A stretch of DNA of 44,205 nucleotides, from positions 1 through 44,205 of the forward strand of contig CAZFSG010000007.1 in NCBI GenBank assembly GCA_964521665.1. Reading direction: 5' to 3'. The DNA is from an uncultured Elusimicrobia bacterium. GTDB lineage: Bacteria; Elusimicrobiota; Endomicrobiia; DTEH01. Below, one piece after another: positions 1-8,898 of the stretch; the first letter of the stretch is position 1; each line of letters opens with the position of its first letter. A model generated the notes under the pieces. That model did not search any database. It had not been told where the DNA came from and saw nothing but the letters and a program-made list of their open reading frames with translations. Both the position numbers and the translations under genes were made by a program.

Positions 1-735
1 ATATCGTTTGAAGTTGGTATTCAACAATTAGGTGGTGTAGCTATTGAACTTGATGAAAAACAACTACAGTTATCTCGCGGAGAAACTATAAAAGACACTG
101 CAAACATTTTTAATTGTTATTTAGACGGGATAATTTTGCGTGCTATAAAACATGAAACAATTTTAGAGTTTGCAAAATACTTAAAAATACCTATAATTAA
201 TGCTTTAAGTGATAAAGAACATCCATGTCAAGTTTTGTCTGATGTTTATACAATTATACAACAAAAAAATGTTAAATTTGACGAGTTAAACAAAATAAAG
301 TTTGTTTATATTGGTGATGCAAACAATGTTTGTATGTCATTAATATATATTTCAAAAATTTTAAATATGAACTCTTGTTTTATTATTCCTAAAAGATACC
401 AACCTAAAGAAAAATTTGGAGAAAATATAAAAATTACTGACGATATTTCTTTAGTTAAAGATGCTGATGTTGTTTACACAGATGTATGGACTTCAATGGG
501 TCAGGAAAAAGAGAGAAAAAAAAGAATAAAAATTTTTAGACCATATCAAGTGAACTCAAAACTTTTATCTTTAGCAAAACCTGACTGTATAGTTATGCAT
601 TGCTTACCTGCGAATCGTGGAGAAGAAATTACTGACGATGTTTTAGATGGTAAAAACTCTGTTGTTCTTAAACAAGCAGAAAACCGTCTTTATGTCCAAA
701 AAGCACTTTTAGTATTTTTGTTCTCACAAAAATAA
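1..735 (+). CDS. argF: Ornithine carbamoyltransferase, 5'-truncated by window edge
   Basis: Frame 1 is open from base 1 (ISFEVGIQQLGG...LSRGETIKDTA precedes the tracked ORF at 136). Carbamoyltransferase signatures DVWTSMGQE and HCLPANRGEE are present. The N-terminus lies upstream of the window. Confidence 0.9.
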   Translation: MSFEVGIQQLGGVAIELDEKQLQLSRGETIKDTANIFNCYLDGIILRAIKHETILEFAKYLKIPIINALSDKEHPCQVLSDVYTIIQQKNVKFDELNKIKFVYIGDANNVCMSLIYISKILNMNSCFIIPKRYQPKEKFGENIKITDDISLVKDADVVYTDVWTSMGQEKERKKRIKIFRPYQVNSKLLSLAKPDCIVMHCLPANRGEEITDDVLDGKNSVVLKQAENRLYVQKALLVFLFSQK

Positions 736-757
736 TTTCTTATCTAAATAGAACAAA

Positions 758-1477
758 ATGAAGAAATTTATACCAATCACAATATTTGGTATTTCAATGG
801 GATTTTTAGAAGCAGCAGTTGTTGTTTATTTAAGACAGATTTATTATCCAACAGGATTTTCCTTTCCTTTGAATCCATATATTGACAAAAATATTTTGTT
901 TATAGAATTAATTAGAGAAGTTTCGACAATAATAATGCTTATATGTATTGGAATAATTGCAGCAAAAGATTTCATAAAAAAGTTTTGTTATTTTCTTTTT
1001 GTATTTGGTGTGTGGGATATATTTTATTATATAGGACTTAAATTTTTTCTTAATTGGCCTGAGTCGTTATTAACTTGGGATGTTTTGTTTTTGATACCAG
1101 TTGTTTGGGTAGGTCCTGTAGTTGCACCTGTTATATGTTCACTTACAATGATATTTATTGCAATGGTTGTGATATATATTGATGAGAGATATAAAATTTT
1201 GCTTAAAGGAAAATTTGTTGATTGGTTATTAGTAATCTTAGGAAGTTTCTTGATATATATTGCATTTACATTTGATTTCACAAAATTAATAATTGAGAAA
1301 GGTTTTATTAAAAAATTTTTTATGCTTGCAGATGATGTTCAATTTGCAAAAGTTGTTGGTTCTTATGTTCCACAAAAATTTATGTGGTGGCTTTTTATCA
1401 TTGGAGAGTTTCTTATTCTGTTTGCATTTTTTAAGGTAATGCGGGAAAATATGATTATAAAAAATAAAAAAACATAA
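758..1477 (+). CDS. Multi-pass integral membrane protein, unknown function
   Basis: 239-aa ORF 22 nt after argF. It is almost entirely hydrophobic segments (about seven). I recognise no family motif. Confidence 0.6.
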   Translation: MKKFIPITIFGISMGFLEAAVVVYLRQIYYPTGFSFPLNPYIDKNILFIELIREVSTIIMLICIGIIAAKDFIKKFCYFLFVFGVWDIFYYIGLKFFLNWPESLLTWDVLFLIPVVWVGPVVAPVICSLTMIFIAMVVIYIDERYKILLKGKFVDWLLVILGSFLIYIAFTFDFTKLIIEKGFIKKFFMLADDVQFAKVVGSYVPQKFMWWLFIIGEFLILFAFFKVMRENMIIKNKKT

Positions 1478-1525
1478 TCTTGTCTATAAAACACTTACCT
1501 TTATTTTTTTGAACTTTAAAGAAAC

Positions 1526-1616
1526 TGGCGGAGGGGGAGGGATTCGAACCCCCGGTGGCCTAAAAGACCACACTGGTTTTCAAGACCAGCCCCATAAACC
1601 ACTCGGGCACCCCTCC
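1526..1616 (-). tRNA. tRNA-Ser (anticodon UGA), CCA encoded
   Basis: Reverse complement reads GGAGGGGTGCCCGAGTGG...CTGGT-CTTGAAA-ACCAG (anticodon TGA), then a long variable arm TGTGGTCTTTTAGGCCAC, then GGTTCGAATCCC, acceptor CCCCTCC, discriminator G and CCA. Confidence 0.9.
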
Positions 1617-1657
1617 ACCATAATTTATATAATTTATATCAAAATTTGGTGATTAAA

Positions 1658-1673
1658 TTCAACAATTGTTGAA
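1658..1673. promoter_or_regulatory. Perfect 16-bp palindrome TTCAACAATTGTTGAA in divergent tRNA-Ser / isomerase control region
   Basis: Exact 8+8 inverted repeat read directly. Each half presents a TTGAA(A/T) -35-like hexamer facing outward. On the + strand, TTGAAA (1669-1674), 17 nt, then TAAAAA (1692-1697). Confidence 0.4.
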
Positions 1674-1706
1674 AAAGAACAAAATTTTTAGTAAAAATTA
1701 AAATTT

Positions 1707-2570
1707 ATGAAAATTTCAGTATCAACAGGCTTTGCTGATAAGTTTAGTTTAGATATTTTTTCTGCAATAGAAATAGTTGCAAAAACACCTATAAGAACAG
1801 TTGAATTGTGGAGTTTATATTATAGTAAAAATAAACATTTTAATTGGTCTGATAAAAAAGTTGTTGAAGACATAAAAAATTTTTTAGATAAATATAATAT
1901 AGAGGTATATTCAATACATACACCGTTTTCTGCAGAACATGAATTCTCAACAGAAGATAAAAGTTTTTTATCACAGCTAATAAATGATACGAAAGAAATT
2001 ATTGTTGCTGCATCAATTTTAGGTGCAAAATGTGCAGTTGTTCATCCAGCGTCAAAACCTAATACAAGTAGAAACCATATTGCACAAGAAGAATATCATA
2101 AAAGATTTATAAATGTTAAAAATTTATTAGAAGAACTTGCTGAGTTTATAATTAAGAACAATTTTTCTATTAAAATAGCGTTAGAAAATCAGTTGCCTCA
2201 TATTATGTTTGGTTATTTTGATGAACTTGTAGAACTTATAGAAAAAATAAAATATCAAAATATTTTTGGTATTTGTCTTGATACAAGCCATGCTGAGATG
2301 ACATATAATACTAACTTACCACAAAAATTGGAAAGTATTATAAAGTATATTATTTCTACACATATATCAGATACTGACGGTGTTACAGACGCACATCTTC
2401 TACCATTAGAAGGAAAAATATTGTGGCACAAAATTGTGCCTATACTTGAACAGATACAATATGAAGTGCCATTAACACTTGAAGTACTTACACCGTTAAA
2501 AAACAAAACTATTGAAGAAACTATTAAAGAAGGATATAGAAGATTAAACTTGTTATTCAAACATTGGTAA
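1707..2570 (+). CDS. Sugar phosphate isomerase/epimerase (xylose isomerase-like TIM barrel / AP endonuclease 2 fold)
   Basis: 287 aa. Pattern VELW...SIHTPF...AKCAVVHP...IALENQ...GICLDTSHA...HISD matches the metal-ligand layout of this TIM-barrel family. Substrate unknown. Confidence 0.7.
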   Translation: MKISVSTGFADKFSLDIFSAIEIVAKTPIRTVELWSLYYSKNKHFNWSDKKVVEDIKNFLDKYNIEVYSIHTPFSAEHEFSTEDKSFLSQLINDTKEIIVAASILGAKCAVVHPASKPNTSRNHIAQEEYHKRFINVKNLLEELAEFIIKNNFSIKIALENQLPHIMFGYFDELVELIEKIKYQNIFGICLDTSHAEMTYNTNLPQKLESIIKYIISTHISDTDGVTDAHLLPLEGKILWHKIVPILEQIQYEVPLTLEVLTPLKNKTIEETIKEGYRRLNLLFKHW

Positions 2571-2580
2571 AAAAATTTTT

Positions 2581-3837
2581 ATGATAATTAAAAAAGTTCG
2601 AGGTGTAAAAGATATCTTACCTGAAGAAGTAGAAAAAATAAATATTGTAGTTAAAACTTGTATTGAAACAGTTAAAACTTTTGGTTTTAAAGAAGTCATT
2701 CTTCCAGTATTAGAAAAAATTGAACTATATCAGCACAGTGTTGGAGAAACAACAGATATTGTTGAAAAACAAATGTTTAAAATTGCAAGTAGGACTGAAG
2801 AACAAACTGAAACAATAGTTCTTCGTCCTGAAGGAACTGCTGGTATTGTACGGATGTTTGTTGAAAATAATTTAAAAGATAAATATCCTCTTAAACGATT
2901 TTATTATTTTGGCCCAATGTTTAGATATGAAAGACCACAAAAAGCTAGATATAGAGAATTTTATCAGTTTGGTATAGAAATTTTTGCTGAAGCACCACCA
3001 TCAAGTGATTTTTTGTTAATCAAAATTGCAAACAATATTTTTGAAAAACTTAAGATAAAAGTTGAACTTGAGATAAACTCTATAGGATGTGTTAATTGTA
3101 GGAAAGATTATATTGTGGCACTTAAAAGAGAACTTGAGAAAATAAAAAGTTTTTTATGTGATGTGTGCAAAAACCGGATTGAAAAAAATCCATTACGTGT
3201 GTTTGATTGTAAATCAGATGTTGAGAAAGTTAAAAGAATAGCTGAAAAAATTAATATACAAAACTTCCTTTGTGATTCCTGTAAGAAAAATTTTGATGAT
3301 TTGATAAAACTTTTTGATGAAAATAAAATACAGTATAAACTTGTGCCAACATTAGTTCGCGGGTTGGATTATTATAACGGAACCGTTTTTGAATACAAGA
3401 CACAACTTTTAGATGCTGCACAAAACACATTATGTGCTGGCGGTAGATACGACGGATTGATTTCCCAGTTTGAGCCACAAATTAAACATGCATGTGGGTT
3501 AGCATTTGGTATTGACCGTATAACAGAAATTCTTACTGAACATAAAGGAGTAGATGAGGTAATAAAAATTGGTATTGCAATAGTTGACGAAAAATTTTTA
3601 ATTGCTGGGCTTAATTTAATAGATAAAATTTTAGAGAATAAAAAAGATGTTCAAATTATAGGACCATTTACTGAGAAAAGTTTAAAAGCACAACTTAGGT
3701 TGTTTAACAATGAAAATTGTAAGTATGTAATTATAATTGGAGAAGAAATGAAACAAGATAAAATTGTTTTAAAAAATTTTTTATATAATACTCAACAAGT
3801 TGTAGAACTACAAAATTTACATAAATTTATTGTATGA
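2581..3837 (+). CDS. hisS: Histidine--tRNA ligase
   Basis: RGVKDILPEE N-terminus, class II motif 2 FRYERPQKARYREFYQFGIE, the Cys-rich insertion with NPLRVFDCK, and GGRYDGL motif 3. Confidence 0.95.
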   Translation: MIIKKVRGVKDILPEEVEKINIVVKTCIETVKTFGFKEVILPVLEKIELYQHSVGETTDIVEKQMFKIASRTEEQTETIVLRPEGTAGIVRMFVENNLKDKYPLKRFYYFGPMFRYERPQKARYREFYQFGIEIFAEAPPSSDFLLIKIANNIFEKLKIKVELEINSIGCVNCRKDYIVALKRELEKIKSFLCDVCKNRIEKNPLRVFDCKSDVEKVKRIAEKINIQNFLCDSCKKNFDDLIKLFDENKIQYKLVPTLVRGLDYYNGTVFEYKTQLLDAAQNTLCAGGRYDGLISQFEPQIKHACGLAFGIDRITEILTEHKGVDEVIKIGIAIVDEKFLIAGLNLIDKILENKKDVQIIGPFTEKSLKAQLRLFNNENCKYVIIIGEEMKQDKIVLKNFLYNTQQVVELQNLHKFIV

Positions 3838-6605
3838 AAAAACTTTTGTTTATTTGTTTATTTTTATCAACAGAAATTTTTTGTTCATATTTTGATATTG
3901 GCATTTTGTATTTTTTGGAGAAAAAATATAATCTTGCAGAATACTGGTTGAAAAAAAGTTATCTGCTAGAAGACAAAAATAATATAGATGTTTTACTTTT
4001 GTTAGGCAATGTTTATTATTTAGACAAAAAATATGAACTTGCTAAAAAAACATATTTAACACTTTACAAAAATTATTTATTGCCACCACAGACAGATAAT
4101 TTTGTCAAATTTATGATTGCAGAATGTAATATATATTTAGGTAAATATGAAGAAACAATTAAATTTTGCGAAAAAATTGATCTACAAAATCTTGATAAAA
4201 CCTTGTTACCATATTTATATTACACCAAAATCTTTGCTTTATACAAAATGGGAGAACACAATTCTGTATTAACAAACATTTCATTATTAAACGCATATTT
4301 AAACACAGAAAAGATAGTTTTAGAAAAAGAAATAAGTCAACAGATAGATTATATTTTAGCGGAAAGTTGGTATGAAAAAGGTAATTATAAAAATGCAACA
4401 GAAAATTTTAAGAAAGTTGCTTTAGAAAATAATGAATCGAAAATTAGTATATACGCAAACTTACGTCTTGCTAGTATATATGAAGAACAAAAAAAATATC
4501 AGCAAGCAGAAACATGTTTGAAAAGTATTAATCTTGAATATATTTCTTCAGACGAAATAAAATTTTTAGTAAAATATAATACAGCAAAATTGTTTGTTAA
4601 ACAAAATAAATTTCTTGATGCAATAAAAATATATAATCAACTTGTTAAAGAAACAAAAAATAATTTTGTTAAAAATTTAAGGCTTGAACTTGCATATTGT
4701 TATTTCCAACTTCATGATTTTGATAAAACAGTTTCAATTCTTTCACAATTAAAATCTGATGAAAATGAAGAATTGAATTTCAATGTTAGTTATTTATTAG
4801 GCTTGGCTTATTATAATAATAAAAATTATATTGAATCAATAAAGTTATTCTCCGAATTAATTAAGAAACAGACAAATAAAAATAAATGGTATGACGATGC
4901 CTATTATTTGTTAGGTTTGTCTTATTTTAATTTAAAAGAATATAAAAAAGCAATAAAAGTTTTGTCTGAATTAAGTGTTAAAAAAAGTTCTATCTACTAC
5001 ATTTCTTCACAAATATATATTGCACGAGCGTATAAAGAACTTAAAGAATATGAACTTGCAAAAAATATGTTGTTAAAACTTTTAGAAAACAAAAGTTTAG
5101 ATAATGAAATCAAATCTGTTATTTTATACGAACTTGCTGATTGTTATAAATTATCTACAGATTATAATGCTGCGTTACAGTATTATGAACAAATCTTTGC
5201 ATTGAAACCTTCTGATAAAATAAAATATCTTGCTAAATTTTCTATTGCAGAAATATATTCTTATCTTGGAAAATATTCTGAAAGTGAACAGGTTTTAACT
5301 GAGTTGTTAAATATAAAAGATTTAAATAAAGAAATAATGATAAAAAGTAAATTATTATATGTAAAATTGAAATATCTTTCTGCTGATTATTCAACAGTAG
5401 AAAAAGTTGCTGCTGAAATAATGAATGTAGTCTCTGCTGATGAAGAAAAAAAATATTTGTTATCTTTGTTGGTGAATATGTATATAAAAACTAAAAATTT
5501 AGATAAAACATTGGAATATACTAATAAACTTTTAGTATTCCTTAAGGATAACAATGAAAGATTTTTATTACAATTAAGAGTTTTGAGATTACTTTTGGCA
5601 AACAATATGTATCAACAAGTGTTTGATAAAGTTTTAAGTTTACAAAAAGAATTTGTATCACAAGAACAAAAATGTATTTTATCTTATTTTTTGATAAAAT
5701 GTTACCAAAATTCTCAACAAGAAAAAAATCTAAACAGCGTTATCTCTAAATTAAAAACTTTTTTACCTCAAGATTATAATTTATATACCAAAAATGAAAT
5801 ATCAGATTTGTTAAACTTATCTGTTTTGTATAACACAGATGTATTTGTTTATCTTGCAGAGTATGTTTTAGTATCATCAAAAGTTTTTACTGAGAATGAA
5901 AAAATTGAATTACTTAAAAAGTCTGTTGAATATTTGATAAACAACAAAAATTTTTCTTCTGCGATACGGCTTGCTACTTTAATAAAAAAAATTGCGTCTG
6001 ATATTGATGCGATTGTGTATACAGAGTTTGTTATAGGTAGAGTCTATGAATTAACAGGTAAAAAAACTCTTGCTGAAAATGTATACAAAAGTATAATTGA
6101 AAAATATCCAAACTCACAATATATACCTAAGATCTGTGTTTCGCTAATTAATTATTATTCTGAAAAGGGGGATAAAGAACAAGCAAGTTTTTATAAAGAA
6201 TTTTTGTTATCAAAATATCCTGATTCTGAAGAAACCTATGAATATTTGTATAATAACGCGTTAGATTTAGTTAAAGAAAATAGGTTTGAAGAAGCAATTA
6301 AAAATTTATCTTTTGCTGTCAATTCAAAAAATAAAGATATTGCAGTAAAATCACAAAAACTTATTGCCGATTGTTATTACAACTTAGGTAAATATAAAGA
6401 AGCAGCGGTAGAATATCTACAAATTATATATCTTTTCCCTGACAAACCTGACTTTTGTGCTGAAGCACAATATATGGTAGGAATTTGTGCTGAAAAGTTA
6501 AACTTGTATGATGAAGCAAAAAAAGCATATAAAAAATTGAAAACAAACTATCCTAATACTTTATGGGCACAAGAATCTGAATTGAGATTGAAACAAATTA
6601 AATAG
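3834..6605 (+). CDS. Secreted tetratricopeptide-repeat protein (923 aa), YbgF/CpoB-like C-terminal end
   Basis: N-terminal signal-like segment MKKLLFICLFLSTEIFC. Dozens of 34-residue A/Y/L-patterned repeats. C-terminal ...YKKLKTNYPNTLWAQESELRLKQIK resembles Tol-Pal-associated TPR proteins. ATGA overlap with the hisS stop. Confidence 0.8.
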   Translation: MKKLLFICLFLSTEIFCSYFDIGILYFLEKKYNLAEYWLKKSYLLEDKNNIDVLLLLGNVYYLDKKYELAKKTYLTLYKNYLLPPQTDNFVKFMIAECNIYLGKYEETIKFCEKIDLQNLDKTLLPYLYYTKIFALYKMGEHNSVLTNISLLNAYLNTEKIVLEKEISQQIDYILAESWYEKGNYKNATENFKKVALENNESKISIYANLRLASIYEEQKKYQQAETCLKSINLEYISSDEIKFLVKYNTAKLFVKQNKFLDAIKIYNQLVKETKNNFVKNLRLELAYCYFQLHDFDKTVSILSQLKSDENEELNFNVSYLLGLAYYNNKNYIESIKLFSELIKKQTNKNKWYDDAYYLLGLSYFNLKEYKKAIKVLSELSVKKSSIYYISSQIYIARAYKELKEYELAKNMLLKLLENKSLDNEIKSVILYELADCYKLSTDYNAALQYYEQIFALKPSDKIKYLAKFSIAEIYSYLGKYSESEQVLTELLNIKDLNKEIMIKSKLLYVKLKYLSADYSTVEKVAAEIMNVVSADEEKKYLLSLLVNMYIKTKNLDKTLEYTNKLLVFLKDNNERFLLQLRVLRLLLANNMYQQVFDKVLSLQKEFVSQEQKCILSYFLIKCYQNSQQEKNLNSVISKLKTFLPQDYNLYTKNEISDLLNLSVLYNTDVFVYLAEYVLVSSKVFTENEKIELLKKSVEYLINNKNFSSAIRLATLIKKIASDIDAIVYTEFVIGRVYELTGKKTLAENVYKSIIEKYPNSQYIPKICVSLINYYSEKGDKEQASFYKEFLLSKYPDSEETYEYLYNNALDLVKENRFEEAIKNLSFAVNSKNKDIAVKSQKLIADCYYNLGKYKEAAVEYLQIIYLFPDKPDFCAEAQYMVGICAEKLNLYDEAKKAYKKLKTNYPNTLWAQESELRLKQIK

Positions 6606-6649
6606 GTTGCTTTTCTTTAAAACTAAGGATATCAAAGTCAAACATTATA

Positions 6650-8107
6650 ATGATACTATTATTAAAACTCTATTTTTTATTATATTTAATCACACATAAT
6701 AATAGTCTGTATACAGAAGAAATTTTTGTTAGCAGTGAACCTGTAATGATACAAGAAGAAAATCAAACGCCGTTATTTTTTAAGTTTTATTACCTTCCTG
6801 AATTTTTTGCTCCTTCAGTATTAATTGAATACGAAGATATACTTGTTCCATATAAATATGTATTATCACCACAGATTGAAAAAATAAATATAGCAGAGAC
6901 AATGTTTTTGTTTCCACAAGAAAGGATAAATAAATTTAACTTTTTTATAGGAGAAAACAGTTACGTTTCTTTAATGACAAAGAATACGTATGGACATAAA
7001 AATTTTAAGTTTGACTTACAGTTTAGTAATACGAAAATCTCATATTTTACTGAAAATAAACGATTTGTTAGTTTTGATACAAGTTTTATATATGAACAAA
7101 TGTTTGATTCTGTTGTTTTTAATACCGAGATAAAAACATTGTCAAATTATATTTTGAAGTCTGTCAATCAGTATTATATAGATGCAGGTATAACTAAAAT
7201 TGTTTTTAATAGTATAGAACTTTCGTTTAAACCACAGGTTATATGGTATAACAACGAAGATTATAATAAACTGTTTTTTACGAACATGTTTAATATAAAT
7301 TTTTTAATTAAAAATTTTATTTTTGTTTTTGAAGAAATGTTTTGTAAGTTTGATAAAGAGGAAAATTTTACAACTACAATAAAAACTTTATCAAAAGATA
7401 TTATTCTCGGTGGCGATTCAATAAATATTACTGCATCATGGGATAAAGATTACAATTTATATTACGAATTAGAAATAGGTCGACAAACACAAAATTTTGA
7501 GTTTGTTATTGCAAATAGAAAAAAGTTTTTTTATGAATATATTGAAAATTATTTTATAAAACTGCCTTATATAAAAATAGATGAAACAAAAACTTTTTGT
7601 TTTCCTTCAGTTGAAAATTTTAGGTGTGAAAGTAAATATAAAAGTAAAAACTATAATATATCTATATTGTTTGATAAATCTGTATATACAAAATATCCAA
7701 CTTATGTTTTTGAAAACAACAATGTTTTTCCTTTGTTTGTAGATAACACAGAAGTATCAGCAGTAGATTTATGGATACAAATTTTTTTTGTTGATTTCAA
7801 AATTAGATATTTGTTATCAAATGATATATTGTTTTATCCCAAAATATCATCCCAGATTTGTGTCACTAAAGATATTTTTAAAAATATATACTTTTTAATA
7901 AAATTATTGTATAATAGTAAAACAAAACAAACAGACAATCTTTATATTGATGAGAATTTTGTTTCAGAATATAAAATTGGATATAAAATAAAAGAAAAAT
8001 TTAATATTGAACTTTTTGTTTCGTACCCCTTGAATAACAAATATATTATACAGCCACATATGGTTGTTGAACCATATATACAACTTGGATTAAATCTTCA
8101 GTTTTAA
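6650..8107 (+). CDS. Putative outer-membrane beta-barrel protein, unknown family
   Basis: N-terminal hydrophobic leader, N/Y/F/K-rich alternating pattern, and a C-terminal aromatic terminus ...LGLNLQF typical of BAM substrates. No family-specific motif recognised. Confidence 0.5.
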   Translation: MILLLKLYFLLYLITHNNSLYTEEIFVSSEPVMIQEENQTPLFFKFYYLPEFFAPSVLIEYEDILVPYKYVLSPQIEKINIAETMFLFPQERINKFNFFIGENSYVSLMTKNTYGHKNFKFDLQFSNTKISYFTENKRFVSFDTSFIYEQMFDSVVFNTEIKTLSNYILKSVNQYYIDAGITKIVFNSIELSFKPQVIWYNNEDYNKLFFTNMFNINFLIKNFIFVFEEMFCKFDKEENFTTTIKTLSKDIILGGDSINITASWDKDYNLYYELEIGRQTQNFEFVIANRKKFFYEYIENYFIKLPYIKIDETKTFCFPSVENFRCESKYKSKNYNISILFDKSVYTKYPTYVFENNNVFPLFVDNTEVSAVDLWIQIFFVDFKIRYLLSNDILFYPKISSQICVTKDIFKNIYFLIKLLYNSKTKQTDNLYIDENFVSEYKIGYKIKEKFNIELFVSYPLNNKYIIQPHMVVEPYIQLGLNLQF

Positions 8108-8200
8108 AAAATGTGTTACCAACAACATCTATTGTGTCATTTTCAGTGTTTTTTCAAAATGTAGGAATGTGATAAAACAATGATTTAATGGAGGAAAAAA

Positions 8201-8794
8201 ATGATAGATTATTTTGTTAAAGGTGGAATTTTGATGTACCCGATTCTACTTTGTTCTGTTATTTCGTTGACAATAATCATTGAACGGATTATATTTTATT
8301 CAAGTATAAAAATAAATCCTGTAGTAATACACAAAATTTTTGAACTTGTTTCAAACAGAGAATTTGAGAAATCAAAAAAACTTGCTGAAACACTGCCTGA
8401 AATTGTAAAAGTTGTTTTTGTTAAAGGTATTGAAGAATTTTATAAACCAGGTTTTGAAGAAACTGTTGAAGATATTGCAGAACAACAGGTTTATAAACTT
8501 AGTAGATTTTTACCACTATTAGGTGCGATTGCTTCTATCTCAACTTTGTTAGGTTTTACAGGAACAGTTACTGGTATGATAAAAGCGTTTGAATCAATTG
8601 CACAAGTAGGGTATGCATCACCACAAGTTGTAGCAAAAGGTATTGCTGAAGCGTTGATAACCACAGCAGCAGGTCTTATTGTTGCGATCCCTACGATAGC
8701 GTTTTATCATTATTTTAATTATCGTGTAGACAGGTACACAACACAGTTTGAACATATTGTTCAAGAATTTATTAACTTAAGTAAAAAAGTTTGA
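8201..8794 (+). CDS. MotA/TolQ/ExbB family proton channel
   Basis: 197 aa with three TM segments. Family core GFTGTVTGMIKAF...AKGIAEALITTAAGLIVAIP. GGAGG Shine-Dalgarno 6 nt upstream. Confidence 0.85.
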   Translation: MIDYFVKGGILMYPILLCSVISLTIIIERIIFYSSIKINPVVIHKIFELVSNREFEKSKKLAETLPEIVKVVFVKGIEEFYKPGFEETVEDIAEQQVYKLSRFLPLLGAIASISTLLGFTGTVTGMIKAFESIAQVGYASPQVVAKGIAEALITTAAGLIVAIPTIAFYHYFNYRVDRYTTQFEHIVQEFINLSKKV

Positions 8795-8898
8795 TACAAA
8801 AAATACATTATTTTTTATAAAAAATTCAAAATTTTGTATAGATACAGAAGATAAAAAGTGAACAAATTTTTTACAACTTTCTTAATTTTGATTAACCT

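Noticed and set aside
1478-1706. tRNA-Ser as an integration hotspot flanking a genomic island
   Set aside because: There is no integrase, no direct repeat of the tRNA 3' end, and no compositional shift on either side. Neighbouring genes are ordinary chromosomal genes.
8201-8794. MotA-like gene as part of a Zorya-type defence system
   Set aside because: ZorA proteins are several hundred residues long with a long C-terminal tail, and they come with ZorB plus effector genes. This is a minimal 197-aa ExbB/TolQ-type protein with no such partners.
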